A stretch of DNA of 64,000 bases from Pyrinomonadaceae bacterium. Lineage in GTDB: Bacteria; Acidobacteriota; Blastocatellia; Pyrinomonadales; Pyrinomonadaceae. This document shows, in pieces, positions 1 to 10,833 of the stretch (position 1 is the stretch's first letter; the number at the start of each line of letters is the position of its first letter). The position numbers and the translations under genes are program-made. Under the pieces are notes generated by a model, which was not told where the DNA came from, did not search any database, and saw only the letters and a program-made list of their open reading frames with translations. The DNA lies in the NCBI GenBank assembly GCA_035635855.1, contig DASQAF010000040.1, positions 153,312-217,311 of the forward strand. Reading direction: 5' to 3'.

Positions 1-467
1 CCGCGATGCGCTTCTTCCAAAGACAATTCCAGCTCGGCTTCGACATCTCGTCCGCGACTACTGCGTCGAGCGGATCGACCCGGGCGTCCGAACAAGTCTC
101 CAAAGTCAAAGCCTCCGGGGCCGCCAAAGCTACTAAAATCGAAATCGCTGAAGTCGAAACCTCCCGGCGGCGGTCCACCAGCCGTCCGCTGAGCACCTTC
201 CCATCCAGGGGGCGGAACGCCCGCGCCCGCCTTAACAGCGCGCCAGTTTTCACCGTACTGATCGTAAAGCTTGCGATTCTCGGCTTCGGAAAGTACGTCA
301 TAAGCTTCCTGCAACTGCTTGAATTGTTCTTCCGCAGTCTTGTCGCCAGGATTCAGGTCGGGATGAAACTTGCGCGCGAGTTTGCGATAAGCTTTTTTGA
401 TCTCATCGTCAGACGCACCGCGCTTGATGCCGAGCACCTCGTAGTAGTCTTTTGCCTTGCCAGCCAT
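1..467 (-). CDS. J-domain co-chaperone, DnaJ/CbpA family (N-terminal part; gene runs off the window start)
   Basis: Absent from the ORF track because it has no stop inside the window. My minus-strand translation from ATG 467-465 reads [43 protein letters not shown]..., a J domain with the HPD motif, followed by a G/F-rich linker. It lies 127 nt downstream of dnaK on the same strand. Confidence 0.9.
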   Translation of the reverse strand, partial: MAGKAKDYYEVLGIKRGASDDEIKKAYRKLARKFHPDLNPGDKTAEEQFKQLQEAYDVLSEAENRKLYDQYGENWRAVKAGAGVPPPGWEGAQRTAGGPPPGGFDFSDFDFSSFGGPGGFDFGDLFGRPGRSARRSSRGRDVEAELELSLEEAHR

Positions 468-594
468 CGAGCATCATTCCCATCACAATTCGAGGACAGG
501 ATTTACAAGATGAACAAGATTGCAGAAAAAGAAGTCACGCTCAGCTCTTTCTCTTGAATGTTCCATCCTGTTAATTCTGTCAATCCTGTCCAAG

Positions 595-2508
595 CTATTT
601 CGGGGTGTACTCAGCATCGATAACTTCGTCATCGGCACTGCCTCCCCCTCCACCGCCTCCGCCGCTCGAACCACTACCACCAGCCCCCGCGCCTGCGGCA
701 CTGGCTTGACTGTAGGCGGCGTTGGCGAGCGAGTGCGAGACCTGCTGCAAGTCGCTGGTCAGTTGACGCAAGCGGTCTATGGTGGTGGATTCATCCTTTA
801 GCGCATTCCGAATGTCACCAATCAGAGACTCCGCCCGCGCCCGCTCATGCGCCGGCACGCGATCACCCATGTCCTTAATTGATCGTTCGACGCTGTACGC
901 AAGAGAGTCAGCCGTGTTGCGCGCTTCCACTAACTCGCGCCGCGCCTTGTCTTCAGACGCATGTTGCTGGGCATCCTGGATCATGCGATCGATCTCGTTC
1001 TTATCGAGCGAAGTAGAACCACTAATCGTGATCCTCTGCTCCTTGCCGGTTGCCGTGTCCTTGGCCGTCACATTCAGAATGCCGTTGGCATCGATGTCGA
1101 AGGTGACCTCGACCTGTGGCAAGCCCCTTGGCGCGGGCGCAATTCCTTCGAGCCGAAACTGTCCCAGGGTACGGTTATCCCGGGCCAGTTCGCGCTCGCC
1201 TTGGAGCACGTGAATGTCGACAGCGGATTGGTTATCCTCCGCAGTTGAAAAGATTTCAGTTTTTCGCGTAGGAATCGTGGAGTTGCGCTCGATCAATTTG
1301 GTCATTACACCGCCGAGTGTTTCCACACCGAGGCTGAGCGGCGTCACATCCAGCAACAGCACGTCCTTCACTTCGCCCGTGAGAACGCCCGCTTGAATCG
1401 CCGCGCCAATCGCCACGACTTCATCGGGATTCACTGATTGGTTAGGCTCTTTGCCACCAGTCAGACGCTTGACCAATGCCTTGACAGCCGGCATGCGGGT
1501 CGCGCCCCCGACGAGAATTACTTCGTCCAGATCCTTCTCGCTGACTTTTGCGTCGGCGATCGCCTGCTTAACGGGATTCATGCAGCGCTCGACCAAATCG
1601 TGTGTCAACTGTTCGAACTTGGCGCGACTCAATTTCATCAACAGATGCTTTGGCCCTGAGGCGTCCGCGGTGATGAACGGCAGATTGACTTCGGTCTCGA
1701 TCGCTGAAGAGAGTTCGATCTTTGCTTTCTCGGCGGCTTCAGTCAGGCGCTGCAAGGCCTGGCGATCCTGGCTTAGATCGATTCCCTGATCGCGTTTGAA
1801 CTCCTCAACCAGCCAATCGACGATTCGCTTATCAAAGTCGTCACCGCCCAGGTGTGTGTCCCCGGCCGTGCTTTTTACTTCAAAGACACCGTCGCCCACT
1901 TCCAGAATCGAAACGTCAAAGGTTCCGCCACCGAGATCGAAAACCAGAATCGTCTCGTGCTTCTTCTTATCCAATCCGTAAGCGAGAGAGGCCGCGGTTG
2001 GCTCGTTAATAATGCGCAGCACGTTGAGACCCGCAATTTGGCCGGCGTCTTTGGTCGCTTGCCTTTGGGCATCGTTAAAGTAGGCGGGCACCGTAATCAC
2101 CGCATCCTTCACCTTCTCTCCGAGAAAGTGTCCGGCGTCGTCGGCAAGCTTGCGGAGAATGAAGGATGAGATCTCTTCGGGCGAATAAAGCTTGCCGCCG
2201 ATATCGACGCGCACCGCGTCGTTCGGACCAGGCACGACCTTGTATGGCACCTGTTTGATTTCCTGGGCCACCTCGGAATATTTGCGGCCCATGAAACGTT
2301 TGATTGAAAAGACCGTGTGCTCCGGATTCAGCGCGGCCTGTCTTTTCGCGACCTGCCCGACCAGTCTTTCGCCCGTCTTGGTAAACGCCACGACGGATGG
2401 TGTGATGCGTCCGCCTTCGCTGTTAACGATCACGGTTGGGCTATCGCCTTCCATGGTCGCTACGGCTGAATTAGTTGTTCCAAGATCGATACCTATAGCT
2501 TTTGCCAT
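595..2508 (-). CDS. dnaK: Molecular chaperone DnaK (Hsp70)
   Basis: ORF 595..2562. The conserved N-terminus [14 protein letters not shown] begins at the internal ATG 2508. DLGGGTFD motif, full-length Hsp70 pattern and a Gly-rich C-terminal tail are present. Confidence 0.97.
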   Translation of the reverse strand: MAKAIGIDLGTTNSAVATMEGDSPTVIVNSEGGRITPSVVAFTKTGERLVGQVAKRQAALNPEHTVFSIKRFMGRKYSEVAQEIKQVPYKVVPGPNDAVRVDIGGKLYSPEEISSFILRKLADDAGHFLGEKVKDAVITVPAYFNDAQRQATKDAGQIAGLNVLRIINEPTAASLAYGLDKKKHETILVFDLGGGTFDVSILEVGDGVFEVKSTAGDTHLGGDDFDKRIVDWLVEEFKRDQGIDLSQDRQALQRLTEAAEKAKIELSSAIETEVNLPFITADASGPKHLLMKLSRAKFEQLTHDLVERCMNPVKQAIADAKVSEKDLDEVILVGGATRMPAVKALVKRLTGGKEPNQSVNPDEVVAIGAAIQAGVLTGEVKDVLLLDVTPLSLGVETLGGVMTKLIERNSTIPTRKTEIFSTAEDNQSAVDIHVLQGERELARDNRTLGQFRLEGIAPAPRGLPQVEVTFDIDANGILNVTAKDTATGKEQRITISGSTSLDKNEIDRMIQDAQQHASEDKARRELVEARNTADSLAYSVERSIKDMGDRVPAHERARAESLIGDIRNALKDESTTIDRLRQLTSDLQQVSHSLANAAYSQASAAGAGAGGSGSSGGGGGGGGSADDEVIDAEYTPK

Positions 2509-2560
2509 GACTCTACTCCTTTTGTTAACACTCGCTTGATCGCAAGGTCTCCCCAATCCC

Positions 2561-2706
2561 ATGGGGACGAAATGTTTATAGCCCTAGTCCCGCAAAGATT
2601 CCTCCAGCTCCGTAGGAGTGAAATATCATCCGTTAACCGAAACATGTCGCTCCTATGGAACTTCGAACGGCCTCGGGACTATAAACATCGCGCTCCTACG
2701 GAGCTC
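2561..2706. repeat. Cluster of four copies (2 reverse + 2 forward) of a short palindromic repeat unit; its translation is the YKHxAPTEL type
   Basis: 13-bp perfect inverted repeat agctccgtaggag (2606-2618) / ctcctacggagct (2693-2705). 10-bp inverted repeat atgtttatag (2572-2581) / ctataaacat (2679-2688). Direct repeat aaacatgtcgctcctatggaac (2640-) versus aaacatcgcgctcctacggagc (2683-). Located between the BON gene stop and the dnaK start. Confidence 0.7.
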
Positions 2707-2720
2707 GCAACCCAAATCGC

Positions 2721-3287
2721 CTACTGCGCCATGTCGCTCGAGACCACCAGTTCATTCTTCACATCGAAGAGACCGGGCACGCCCCGGGCGCGCATGTAAG
2801 CCAACTGGGCGTCGGCCTTCGAGCTAACAATGCCTTTCAACGTCGCGCGTCCATGGTCCACGATGATGTGAATCGATGGTATGGACTGGGTCGCATAGTG
2901 AAACAACGGCGAATCCCAGCCATATAGGGCGCGGTAGAGCGCGATCCGCAGCCGATCGTCCTGCGGCGAAAGCGGCAATACCTGAATCTCGTTGATGACG
3001 CCCCGCACGCCATCAATGTCTTTCACGCGAGCTTGGGCATCTGCTTTGGTTGACGGACGCACTACCTGTCCGCTTAGCACGACTGTCTTGTCGGGCCGCA
3101 CCTCAAACTGGAGCCAATCGAAGACTCCGTAGTAGGGCAACGTGACCAGCTCGTGCCGGATACGCCTGACCAGACGAGCATCAACTTGCGCAGCGCTTTC
3201 TGCCGGGGCTTCTCGCAGGAAGGCCGGCGTAAAGAACGAAAGCGCCATTAGCATCATGACGACGATTCGTAAGTTTCTCTTTCTCAT
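2721..3287 (-). CDS. Secreted BON-domain protein (two BON domains, OsmY-like)
   Basis: ORF 2721..3344. The probable start MRKRNL (3287) gives a signal peptide. Two BON-like segments: VVLSGQV...ADAQARVKDIDGVRGVINEIQV and ATLKGIVSSKADAQLAYMRARGVPGLFDVKNELVV. Confidence 0.75.
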   Translation of the reverse strand: MRKRNLRIVVMMLMALSFFTPAFLREAPAESAAQVDARLVRRIRHELVTLPYYGVFDWLQFEVRPDKTVVLSGQVVRPSTKADAQARVKDIDGVRGVINEIQVLPLSPQDDRLRIALYRALYGWDSPLFHYATQSIPSIHIIVDHGRATLKGIVSSKADAQLAYMRARGVPGLFDVKNELVVSSDMAQ

Positions 3288-3365
3288 GTTTCTCTCTCCT
3301 TCAGGATGAAGATATTGTCTTCTGAGCGAGGCGTCTCGCCACACGAAGAACCCAGAAACCCCTTG

Positions 3366-4496
3366 CTACATCTCCAGCACACCTCGCGTCTGCAGCAGGC
3401 GCAGGACAGTTCCGCGCGTAATAAATCCCTCGATCCGACCGTTGCGCGCCACCGGCAGTTCGTTCGCGTTCTCCCGATCCATAATCTCTATCGCCTCGGT
3501 GATCGGCGTGTCGGGACTGACTGCCGGCAGTTGATCCAAAGGCCGCATTGCCTGTTCGATAGTCGTATACGGCCACCGGGCGCGATCAGTCGCGGCAACC
3601 TCGTAAGGCGTAATAATCCCTTCGATACCGTGGCCGTCGCGGACCAGAAAGCATTGATTGCCGGTGCGCAGCAGATGCTCGTCAACAAAGGTCTGAAGAT
3701 TGTCGTGCGCACTGACAACTTCGCAGTCGCGCTCGATCAGATCGCCCGCGCGCACGCCGCGCAAGTGACTGCTCACTTCAACTTGTCGCCGGCTGGCGCC
3801 AGCCGCATTCAACAGGAACCAGCCAATGAACGAGATCCACAAGCCACCGAATCCGGCCCCCATAAAGAAGCGAACGATTCCGGTGATGATGAAAGCGAAA
3901 GCGACGACCTGACCGACGCGCGCTGCGATCTGCGTCGCGCGCACACCGTCACCAGTCACCCACCAGATGATGCCGCGCAGGACACGTCCCCCATCGAGCG
4001 GAAATCCCGGAACCAGATTGAAGATTGCGAGCGAGATATTGATGTAACCAAGCCACATCAACATTGCCAGGAGCGGAGTCCGCGGCAGCTCGAGCGGAGT
4101 CCAACCCATCGCCCACGCCAACGTCAAACAAATGATTCCAATCAGGGCGCTCATGAGCGGGCCGGCGAGTCCCATGAAGAATTCCGTGCTCGCCTCACCC
4201 GCTTCCTTTTCGATCTGAGCGACACCGCCAAGTGCGAACAAGGTTATCGAGCGCACCGGCAGGTGCCGGGCCTTTGCGACCATCGCGTGCGACAGTTCAT
4301 GGGCAATAATCGCAGCGAAAAATAAGAGACTGGTTCCGATAGCCGTAGACCAAATCACGGCCTCTCCCCAATTCGAGTTGGAGGCGTGAAACTGATCGGC
4401 TAATGACAAAGTAATCAGCAGCGCAATGATGAACCAACTAAGGTGCAGTCCAATCTCAATCCCGAATATTCGTCCCAGTTTGATGTGTGACTTCAT
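3366..4496 (-). CDS. Site-2 protease family (M50) zinc metalloprotease with C-terminal CBS pair
   Basis: HELSH zinc motif within a multi-TM region, [12 protein letters not shown] motif, and a C-terminal ~130 aa with two CBS-like segments. Confidence 0.85.
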   Translation of the reverse strand: MKSHIKLGRIFGIEIGLHLSWFIIALLITLSLADQFHASNSNWGEAVIWSTAIGTSLLFFAAIIAHELSHAMVAKARHLPVRSITLFALGGVAQIEKEAGEASTEFFMGLAGPLMSALIGIICLTLAWAMGWTPLELPRTPLLAMLMWLGYINISLAIFNLVPGFPLDGGRVLRGIIWWVTGDGVRATQIAARVGQVVAFAFIITGIVRFFMGAGFGGLWISFIGWFLLNAAGASRRQVEVSSHLRGVRAGDLIERDCEVVSAHDNLQTFVDEHLLRTGNQCFLVRDGHGIEGIITPYEVAATDRARWPYTTIEQAMRPLDQLPAVSPDTPITEAIEIMDRENANELPVARNGRIEGFITRGTVLRLLQTRGVLEM

Positions 4497-4962
4497 TGCC
4501 TGCTGTAGCGCCTACGCCTGGTTTCAAAAGTCAAGAAAGAGTTCGATCACGACGCGTCACTCAACTGAACCTGTAGGGGAATTTCGAGAATTGACTGTGC
4601 ATTCGTCATGCCATCCGCGTTTTTGACAGAGCTTTGCTCTCTTGTCGTGCGGGTTAACTGCACTTAACGTGCGGTCTTCGAGTTTAGGCTTTACGCCTGC
4701 GACTTAACTGTGAGTGGACGAAACTTCCCTTGTGGGTGAAATAACCCGCAGGTTGCCGCGTAATCGGAGCTTTGGGTGTAGGAAGTTGTGGATTTTGGGT
4801 CTATCATCGCAGCGCCGTTTAAATTCACCGGACAATTCGTCAGTGACTCAGCAGAGGAGACTCGTATGAGTGACACTGTTGCCCCGTCAATTAGGTTGGC
4901 CGACTCGATGTCTGGCTCTCATTCGCACATCTTCGCCTTTTTTTTTCAATTGATTCAAGAAA

Positions 4963-7044
4963 GTGGCAATGGAGAACTCTCTCCAAGAGATCAAGCTCCT
5001 CCAGAGCTGTATCAATGATTTGTTGAGTGTCCTGACGCTGCCTGCCATCTGGACCGGTGGTGATTCATCGCAAGTCATTATTACTCTGCTCGACGCGCTC
5101 GTAAGCATGCTGCGTCTCGACTTCGCTTATGCTCGGTTTTTAAAAAACGGCAACGGTTCCGAAATCGACATCCTGCGCCTGGCTAAGGGCCAAGCCACAC
5201 GTCTTCTCCCGGAGGACGTAGGTCTGACCCTCAAAGGGCGGCTGACCAAGGCTTCCCCCGCCTTGCCCGCGTCGCTACCCAATCCGGTCGGTGAAGGAGA
5301 AGTCTTTATCGCGCCTCTTCGGCTCGGGCTTAAAGATGAAATTGGATTTCTGGTGGCTGCCTCTAAGCGCCGCGATTTCCCGACCAGGATCGAAACCCTA
5401 CTGCTGCGCGTGGTTGCTAACCAGGCCGTCGTCGGATTGCAAGAGGCCCACCTCTTGAGTGAGCAAAAGCGGGCCGCGGAGGAACTCGAGCGAAGGATTG
5501 CCGACAGGACGCAACAAGTCACAGCCGTCAATGCAGAACTGGTAAGGGAGATAGGTGAACGCGAGCGCGCCGAAGAAGCGTTGCGTTCAAGCGAGGAGCG
5601 TTTCCGGCGCTACTTTGAATTGGGACTGATCGGGATGGCGATCACTTCGCCCGACAAGGGCTGCCTCGAAGTCAACGACGAGCTTTGTCGCATTCTGGGA
5701 TATGAGCGGAGCCAGCTATTGCAAAAGAGTTGGGATGAGTTAACGCATCCTGACGATCTGGCTGCCGATGTCAGCCAGTTCAACCGTGTGTTAGCCGGCG
5801 AAATAGACGGCTACACGCTCGACAAGCGGTGGATTTGCAAAGACGGGCGAGTGATTGACACCATCATGGCAGCCCAGTGCGTGCGGCGCGCCGATGATTC
5901 GGTGGATTACTTTGTAGGATTGGTGCAGGACATCACCGAGCGCAAGCAAGCCGAAGATTCGGTGCGAAAGGCGCGTGAACGAGTTGACATGATCGTCAAC
6001 AGCATATCCGACAACTTCTTTGGCTTGGACCACGAAGGGCGATTCACGTATTTCAACAAGCACGCGGCTGATCAAATGAGAAGCCTCGGAAAGGACCCGG
6101 ATGCTCTGATCGGTAAAGTGGCGTGGGAGGAATTCCCGGACGCGCCTAACGAAGACAGTTTTCACCGTGTCCTGTCTGAACGAGTCGTGGTCGCCGACGA
6201 ACTTTATTATGCCCAATTGGGAGAGTGGATCGAGAATCACATATACCCTAGCAACGACGGCGGATTAGTAACATTTCAAAGGTACATTACCCAGCGCAAG
6301 CGGACGGAAGATGAACTTCACAAAGCCCACGCGGAACTTGCTCATGTCGCACGCGTCACTACTCTGGGCGAGCTAACGGCCTCGATCGCTCATGAAGTCA
6401 ACCAGCCACTTGCCGCTATTGTCACGAATGGGCAGGCCTCCTTACGGTTGCTTTCGCGAAGCAAACCAGATATCGAAGAGGCGCGGGAAGCTGTGCAATC
6501 AATGATCGACGATAGCCTGCGCGCGAGCGAAGTAATTAAGCGCATCAGGGCGTTGCTAAGAAAAACCGGGCCTGCAAAATCCACGCTGAATGTCAACGAT
6601 GTGATTCGGGAAGTGATCGCTTTTACTGCTGAGGAACTAAAAAAGAATCAGGTTTCTCTGCTCACGGAACTGGGGCCCGACCTTCCGGTGGTGATCGGAG
6701 ACCGCGTCCAACTCCAACAGGTAATGCTGAACTTGATTCTCAATGGCAACGAGGCGATGAGGTCGCCTGAATGCGAAACGCGCGAGCTATTGCTCAGGTC
6801 GGAAAGGAGCGGACCCGATAGGGTTTTGATAACCGTGCAAGACACAGGCATTGGTCTGAATTCGAAGGATCAGGAGCGAGTCTTTGACGCCTTTTTTACT
6901 CTTAAGGAAGGCGGCTTGGGGCTCGGACTTTCGATCAGTCGCACCATCATCGAGGGCCATGGCGGCAGGCTTTGGGCGACGCCTAACGAGGGCCCGGGCA
7001 CATCTTTTCAGTTCCTCTTGCCAACCGGCGTCGAAAACCAATGA
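4963..7044 (+). CDS. PAS-domain sensor histidine kinase
   Basis: 693 aa with a GTG start (ATG alternative at 4969). Coiled-coil plus two PAS-like segments, H-box [14 protein letters not shown]-box [12 protein letters not shown]-boxes DTGIGL and [18 protein letters not shown]. Confidence 0.9.
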   Translation: MAMENSLQEIKLLQSCINDLLSVLTLPAIWTGGDSSQVIITLLDALVSMLRLDFAYARFLKNGNGSEIDILRLAKGQATRLLPEDVGLTLKGRLTKASPALPASLPNPVGEGEVFIAPLRLGLKDEIGFLVAASKRRDFPTRIETLLLRVVANQAVVGLQEAHLLSEQKRAAEELERRIADRTQQVTAVNAELVREIGERERAEEALRSSEERFRRYFELGLIGMAITSPDKGCLEVNDELCRILGYERSQLLQKSWDELTHPDDLAADVSQFNRVLAGEIDGYTLDKRWICKDGRVIDTIMAAQCVRRADDSVDYFVGLVQDITERKQAEDSVRKARERVDMIVNSISDNFFGLDHEGRFTYFNKHAADQMRSLGKDPDALIGKVAWEEFPDAPNEDSFHRVLSERVVVADELYYAQLGEWIENHIYPSNDGGLVTFQRYITQRKRTEDELHKAHAELAHVARVTTLGELTASIAHEVNQPLAAIVTNGQASLRLLSRSKPDIEEAREAVQSMIDDSLRASEVIKRIRALLRKTGPAKSTLNVNDVIREVIAFTAEELKKNQVSLLTELGPDLPVVIGDRVQLQQVMLNLILNGNEAMRSPECETRELLLRSERSGPDRVLITVQDTGIGLNSKDQERVFDAFFTLKEGGLGLGLSISRTIIEGHGGRLWATPNEGPGTSFQFLLPTGVENQ

Positions 7045-7691
7045 GGAGCAAAATCGATCAAGTGGTATTCGTAATCGATGATGACGCGTCAATGCGCTCG
7101 GCCATCAGCAGACTGCTCGGGGCTGTGGGCCTCGAAGTGCAGGTGTTTCCATCGGGACAGAAATTTCTTGCCAGCAAACTACCGGATCTACCAGGCTGCA
7201 TAGTGTTGGATGTTCGCTTGCCGGGGCTCAGCGGCCTCGATCTGCAGCAGGAGATGTTTGCCAGAGACATTCATTATCCCGTTATTTTCATCACCGGCCA
7301 CGGCGATATCCCGATGTCCGTCCAGGCGATGAAGGCCGGCGCGGCTGAGTTTCTCACCAAGCCTTTTCGCGATCAGGATCTGCTGGACGCCATCACGCTC
7401 GCAATTCGTCGCGATCGCGCCGCTAGAAACGATCGCGCCGCAATTTCGGAGCTGCGCGGCCACCTGGCCTCTCTTACTCCAAGAGAGCGAGAGGTGATGA
7501 CGCTGGTGGTGGCGGGCATGCTTAACAAACAGATTGCTTTCGAACTCCGTATCAGTGAGAAGACTATTAAGGTTCATCGTGGTCAGGTGATGAGCAAAAT
7601 GCGGGCCGGCTCGCTCGCGGAACTGGTGCACATGGCCGACAAACTTGCTAACGAGCTCACCGGTCCGCGCGGCATAGGACCAAAGTCCTAG
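7041..7691 (+). CDS. Response regulator, receiver + LuxR/FixJ-type HTH
   Basis: Receiver motifs [13 protein letters not shown] and LTKPF. C-terminal [36 protein letters not shown]. The start overlaps the kinase stop (ATGA). Confidence 0.92.
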   Translation: MRSKIDQVVFVIDDDASMRSAISRLLGAVGLEVQVFPSGQKFLASKLPDLPGCIVLDVRLPGLSGLDLQQEMFARDIHYPVIFITGHGDIPMSVQAMKAGAAEFLTKPFRDQDLLDAITLAIRRDRAARNDRAAISELRGHLASLTPREREVMTLVVAGMLNKQIAFELRISEKTIKVHRGQVMSKMRAGSLAELVHMADKLANELTGPRGIGPKS

Positions 7692-7799
7692 GTCATTGCC
7701 CCACCGCCCAATATCCACCACCCTACTCCTGTAGTAATTTGGTTTCGCTAAGGCAACACCCCCTAAAAGCAATTCCCCCGAAACTGAAAGTGAAACTGT

Positions 7800-8306
7800 A
7801 TGCTGGTTCCTAACCAAGCTCCGGCTGGAACAAGTCTGCGATACGCCCTCGCCCTGAGACCGTTGTTTCCGCTTCTAGTCCGCAAGCGAACCGAGCTGGC
7901 GGTCAAAGGCGTGGTGATCTCGATCATTGACGACAACGCATCGATCCGTATGGCGCTCAAGAGGCTGATCGAATCTATCGGCTTACCAGCCGCGGATTTC
8001 GCCTCGGCCGAAGAGTTCCTGGTTTCCTGTCGCTCGCAGGATTCGGCCTGCTTGATTGTGGATTTGCAGCTGCCGGGGATGAACGGACTGGAACTACAAA
8101 ACCAGTTGCATGTTTCCAATCCCGGCGTTCCGATTGTTTTCATTTCGGCAAGGTTCGATGAGTACGCGCGTGCACGGGCACTGACTGCCGGCGCTGTTGA
8201 ATTTCTGCAAAAGCCGTTCAGTGAAGAAGCACTGTTCGAGGCCATCCAAACATCCTTATCGAACCGCGGAAGCATCGTTTCCGCGTATTTCGATCATTTA
8301 AGGTAA
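7800..8306 (+). CDS. Stand-alone receiver (REC-only response regulator)
   Basis: ISIIDDNASIR..., LIVDLQLPGMNG and LQKPF motifs with no output domain. The start is uncertain; an in-frame GTG at 7911 would give a typical short N-terminus. Confidence 0.8.
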   Translation: MLVPNQAPAGTSLRYALALRPLFPLLVRKRTELAVKGVVISIIDDNASIRMALKRLIESIGLPAADFASAEEFLVSCRSQDSACLIVDLQLPGMNGLELQNQLHVSNPGVPIVFISARFDEYARARALTAGAVEFLQKPFSEEALFEAIQTSLSNRGSIVSAYFDHLR

Positions 8307-8372
8307 GGCTCACTGCGCGCCATTAATCACGACCATGTCGAAGCTCCGACTTAGCCCAGGGAGATAAATCTT

Positions 8373-9434
8373 ATGCATACCGAGCAGTTACACACTTTTG
8401 GTTTTGATGAGATCATCGGCAAGTCGCCCGTCATGCGTGGGACGATAAACCTCGCGCGTCGAGTAGCGGAGAGCGAAGTTTCATGTGTGCTGTTGCAGGG
8501 CGAATCAGGGGCGGGAAAAGACTGCATCGCCAAAGCAATTCACTATGGATCAAATCGTGCCCATGCTCCATTTGTAGCGATTAACTGCGCTGCACTTCCA
8601 TCGAACCTGATTGAATCTGAATTGTTTGGCCACGAAAGAGGCGCGTTCACCGACGCGAAGTCGCGCAAAGAGGGTCTGCTGGAGCAGGCCGATGGCGGCA
8701 CGATCCTGCTGGATGAGATCAGCGAGATGCACATTAACCTGCAGGCCAAACTTTTGCGCGTCCTGGAAGACGGGTCACTGCGCCGGGTTGGAGGTTTGAA
8801 GGATGTGCCGTTTACCGCCCGCGTGATTGCCGCGTCCAATCGCGATCTGAGACGAGAAACCAGGGAAGGCCGCTTTCGTCTTGACCTCTATTATCGCCTG
8901 GCGGTGATCAAGATAGAGATTCCTCCGCTGCGGCAACGCGGTGATGATGTGCTGTTGCTGGCTGAGCATTGTCTGAGTTCGTTCGCTGGTCGCATGGGGC
9001 GGCCGAACATTCGCGGGCTGTCTCCGGAGGTAGTGCGGGCTTTCACACTTTACGATTGGCCGGGCAACGTGCGTGAACTCCGCAACGTGATCGAGCGCGC
9101 GATCGTGCTCGAGGACGGTGATGTGATTTCAGCCAGAAGTCTGCCCGAAGGCATCTTGTCCGACACGGGCAAGGTCCCCGGAGATGAACCGTCACGTTTC
9201 GGGCGTTTGAGTCTGATGAACACCGATGCCCTGTTGAATCTGCCGTCCGAAGGAGTTTCGCTGAACGAGTTAGAGACATCGCTGCTGAAGCAGGCTTTGG
9301 CGCGAAGCAATGGGAACCAAACGCGGGCCGCCAAACTTCTAGGGCTGACTCGCGATCAATTTCGTTACCGTTGGAAAAAGTTCAGACAGACGAACCGGCC
9401 GCGTCTGGTGGTCGTGGGCGGATCGCGCGGTTGA
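8373..9434 (+). CDS. Sigma54 enhancer-binding protein without an N-terminal regulatory domain (AAA+ + Fis-type HTH)
   Basis: Walker A GESGAGKD about 40 aa from the N-terminus, [15 protein letters not shown] (a GAFTGA-loop variant), [10 protein letters not shown], and a C-terminal [28 protein letters not shown]. Confidence 0.9.
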   Translation: MHTEQLHTFGFDEIIGKSPVMRGTINLARRVAESEVSCVLLQGESGAGKDCIAKAIHYGSNRAHAPFVAINCAALPSNLIESELFGHERGAFTDAKSRKEGLLEQADGGTILLDEISEMHINLQAKLLRVLEDGSLRRVGGLKDVPFTARVIAASNRDLRRETREGRFRLDLYYRLAVIKIEIPPLRQRGDDVLLLAEHCLSSFAGRMGRPNIRGLSPEVVRAFTLYDWPGNVRELRNVIERAIVLEDGDVISARSLPEGILSDTGKVPGDEPSRFGRLSLMNTDALLNLPSEGVSLNELETSLLKQALARSNGNQTRAAKLLGLTRDQFRYRWKKFRQTNRPRLVVVGGSRG

Positions 9435-9459
9435 CGGTGACGTGAAAGTCAGGTGAGGG

Positions 9460-10290
9460 ATGGGCATAGCAGATATCTTTTGGATCTATTTCGTGTTGAT
9501 GTCTCTACAGCCGGTGATCTCGCAGCGGCTGCTGGAGTGGAAGCGCACGGACCTGCTGCGCAGACTTGAAAAACAAACAGGCAGCCGCGTGATTGCGCTG
9601 GTGCACCGCCAGGAGACGATGAGCCTGCTGGGGTTTCCCATCGTGCGCTACATAAACATCGAAGACTCAGAAGAGATTTTGCGCGCCATCAAGCTCACCG
9701 ACAAAACTGTGCCCATCAATTTGATCCTGCACACGCCGGGCGGGCTGGTGCTGGCGGCGCGGCAGATTGCGCATGCGCTGGGACGGCATGAGGCCAAAGT
9801 GACCGTCTTCGTGCCGCATTATGCAATGTCGGGCGGCACTCTGATTTCGCTCGCGGCCGACGAGATCGTCATGGATCCAAATGCGGTGCTCGGCCCGGTT
9901 GATCCGCAACTGAATGAATACCCGGCGGCATCGATCCTAAGAGCGGTGTCGCAAAAGGATAAGAACGAGATCGACGATCGGACTTTAATCCTGGCCGACA
10001 TCTCAGAGAAAGCTATTGTTCAACTCAAGGACGCAGTTCGCAAGATTCTCAAGCAGAAAATGGATGGAGCCAAAGCTGACGTGTTGGCCGAGACTTTGGC
10101 GACTGGTACCTGGACCCACGACTATCCACTCACTTACGACGAATTGAGTGAAATGGGTTTGCCGGTATCGACTGACATGCCGCCGGATGTCTATGAGTTC
10201 ATGGAATTGTTCCCGCAACCTAAAAAGAAAATTCCCTCGGTGCAATACATTCCAGTGCCGACGCGCCAACCTGCTGATCGCGGGCAATGA
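9460..10290 (+). CDS. SDH-family (serine dehydrogenase proteinase-like) ClpP-fold membrane serine protease
   Basis: N-terminal TM segment; LILHTPGGLVLAARQIAHAL and VPHYAMSGGTLISLAADEIVMD are typical of this family as I recall it. Confidence 0.75.
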   Translation: MGIADIFWIYFVLMSLQPVISQRLLEWKRTDLLRRLEKQTGSRVIALVHRQETMSLLGFPIVRYINIEDSEEILRAIKLTDKTVPINLILHTPGGLVLAARQIAHALGRHEAKVTVFVPHYAMSGGTLISLAADEIVMDPNAVLGPVDPQLNEYPAASILRAVSQKDKNEIDDRTLILADISEKAIVQLKDAVRKILKQKMDGAKADVLAETLATGTWTHDYPLTYDELSEMGLPVSTDMPPDVYEFMELFPQPKKKIPSVQYIPVPTRQPADRGQ

Positions 10291-10294
10291 AAAT

Positions 10295-10380
10295 TCCCTC
10301 CCCACTGGGGGAGGGTTAGCGTGAGGGTTTGACGGCGTAACCATCCCTCACCCCCAGCCCCTCTCCAACGGGAGAGGGGA
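10295..10380. repeat. Three consecutive GC-rich hairpins (REP-like / terminator-like)
   Basis: tccctcccc-actg-ggggaggg (10295-10316); gtgaggg...ccctcac (10321-10351); cccctctcc-aacg-ggagagggg (10358-10379). They lie in the 105-nt gap between the protease and uspA-type genes. Confidence 0.7.
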
Positions 10381-10395
10381 GGAGGTCAATTATTA

Positions 10396-10833
10396 GTGCC
10401 ATTCAAACGAGTCCTTTGCGGAATTGATTTCTCGGAAGCGTCGATACGCGCTTTTCAAACAGCGGTTGAGTTTGCGCGACAATCAAAGGCAGCGCTGCAT
10501 GTTCTGCACGTCATCGAGGCGCAGCCAGTTGTCGCCGGCTGGCTCCCGGCAAATGGCCTGAGCGAAGTCACACTCATTATTGAAGAGAAGGCTAACTCGG
10601 CGATGAAAGCTCTCATGAAGTCTTCATCGCGCGAACTCAAGGATCTGAAAGTCACTACTGAAATAAACGATGGCCGAGCATTTGTTGAGATTATTAAACG
10701 CGCCCAGGAATGGAAAGCCGACTTGATTGTGGTGGGCGCAAAAGGAGCCGCGTCAGTTGAAGAGATTGTCGCCGGCGGCACGGCCGAGAATGTCGTGCGA
10801 AAGGCTCAATGCTCCGTCCTGATCGTGCGGTAA
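10396..10833 (+). CDS. Universal stress protein (UspA family)
   Basis: 145 aa with a GTG start: KRVLCGIDFSEAS...LHVLHV...ADLIVVGAKG...GGTAENVVRKAQCSVLIVR. Confidence 0.9.
   Translation: MPFKRVLCGIDFSEASIRAFQTAVEFARQSKAALHVLHVIEAQPVVAGWLPANGLSEVTLIIEEKANSAMKALMKSSSRELKDLKVTTEINDGRAFVEIIKRAQEWKADLIVVGAKGAASVEEIVAGGTAENVVRKAQCSVLIVR

Noticed and set aside
6-557. 183-aa plus-strand ORF at the window start
   Set aside because: It is antisense to a clear J-domain (HPD motif) coding sequence on the minus strand. Its translation is low-complexity Ala/Ser/Arg-rich, as expected for a GC-rich antisense frame.
494-591. 10-bp inverted repeat ggacaggatt / aatcctgtcc in the dnaK to J-protein spacer
   Set aside because: At this length and distance several such pairs are expected by chance in the window. 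It may be a weak attenuator, but I cannot support that.
2525-2533. ttaacactc, resembling a half CIRCE (TTAGCACTC) just upstream of dnaK
   Set aside because: The second half-site GAGTGCTAA is not present 9 nt away, so there is no evidence for an HrcA operator.
3306-4325. 339-aa plus-strand ORF overlapping the M50 protease gene
   Set aside because: It is antisense to a gene with strong family motifs (HELSH, CBS pair). It has no recognisable motif and an Arg/Gln/His-rich composition typical of shadow ORFs.
4570-4735. Two inverted 30-nt segments encoding similar decapeptides (PVGEFRELTV on plus, PQGKFRPLTV on minus) in the protease/kinase intergenic region, plus three cttaac[tg]gtg-like direct repeats (4652-4712)
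   Set aside because: Nucleotide identity is only 17/30. There is no start codon or RBS context and no recognisable family. This could be a decayed repeat or chance.
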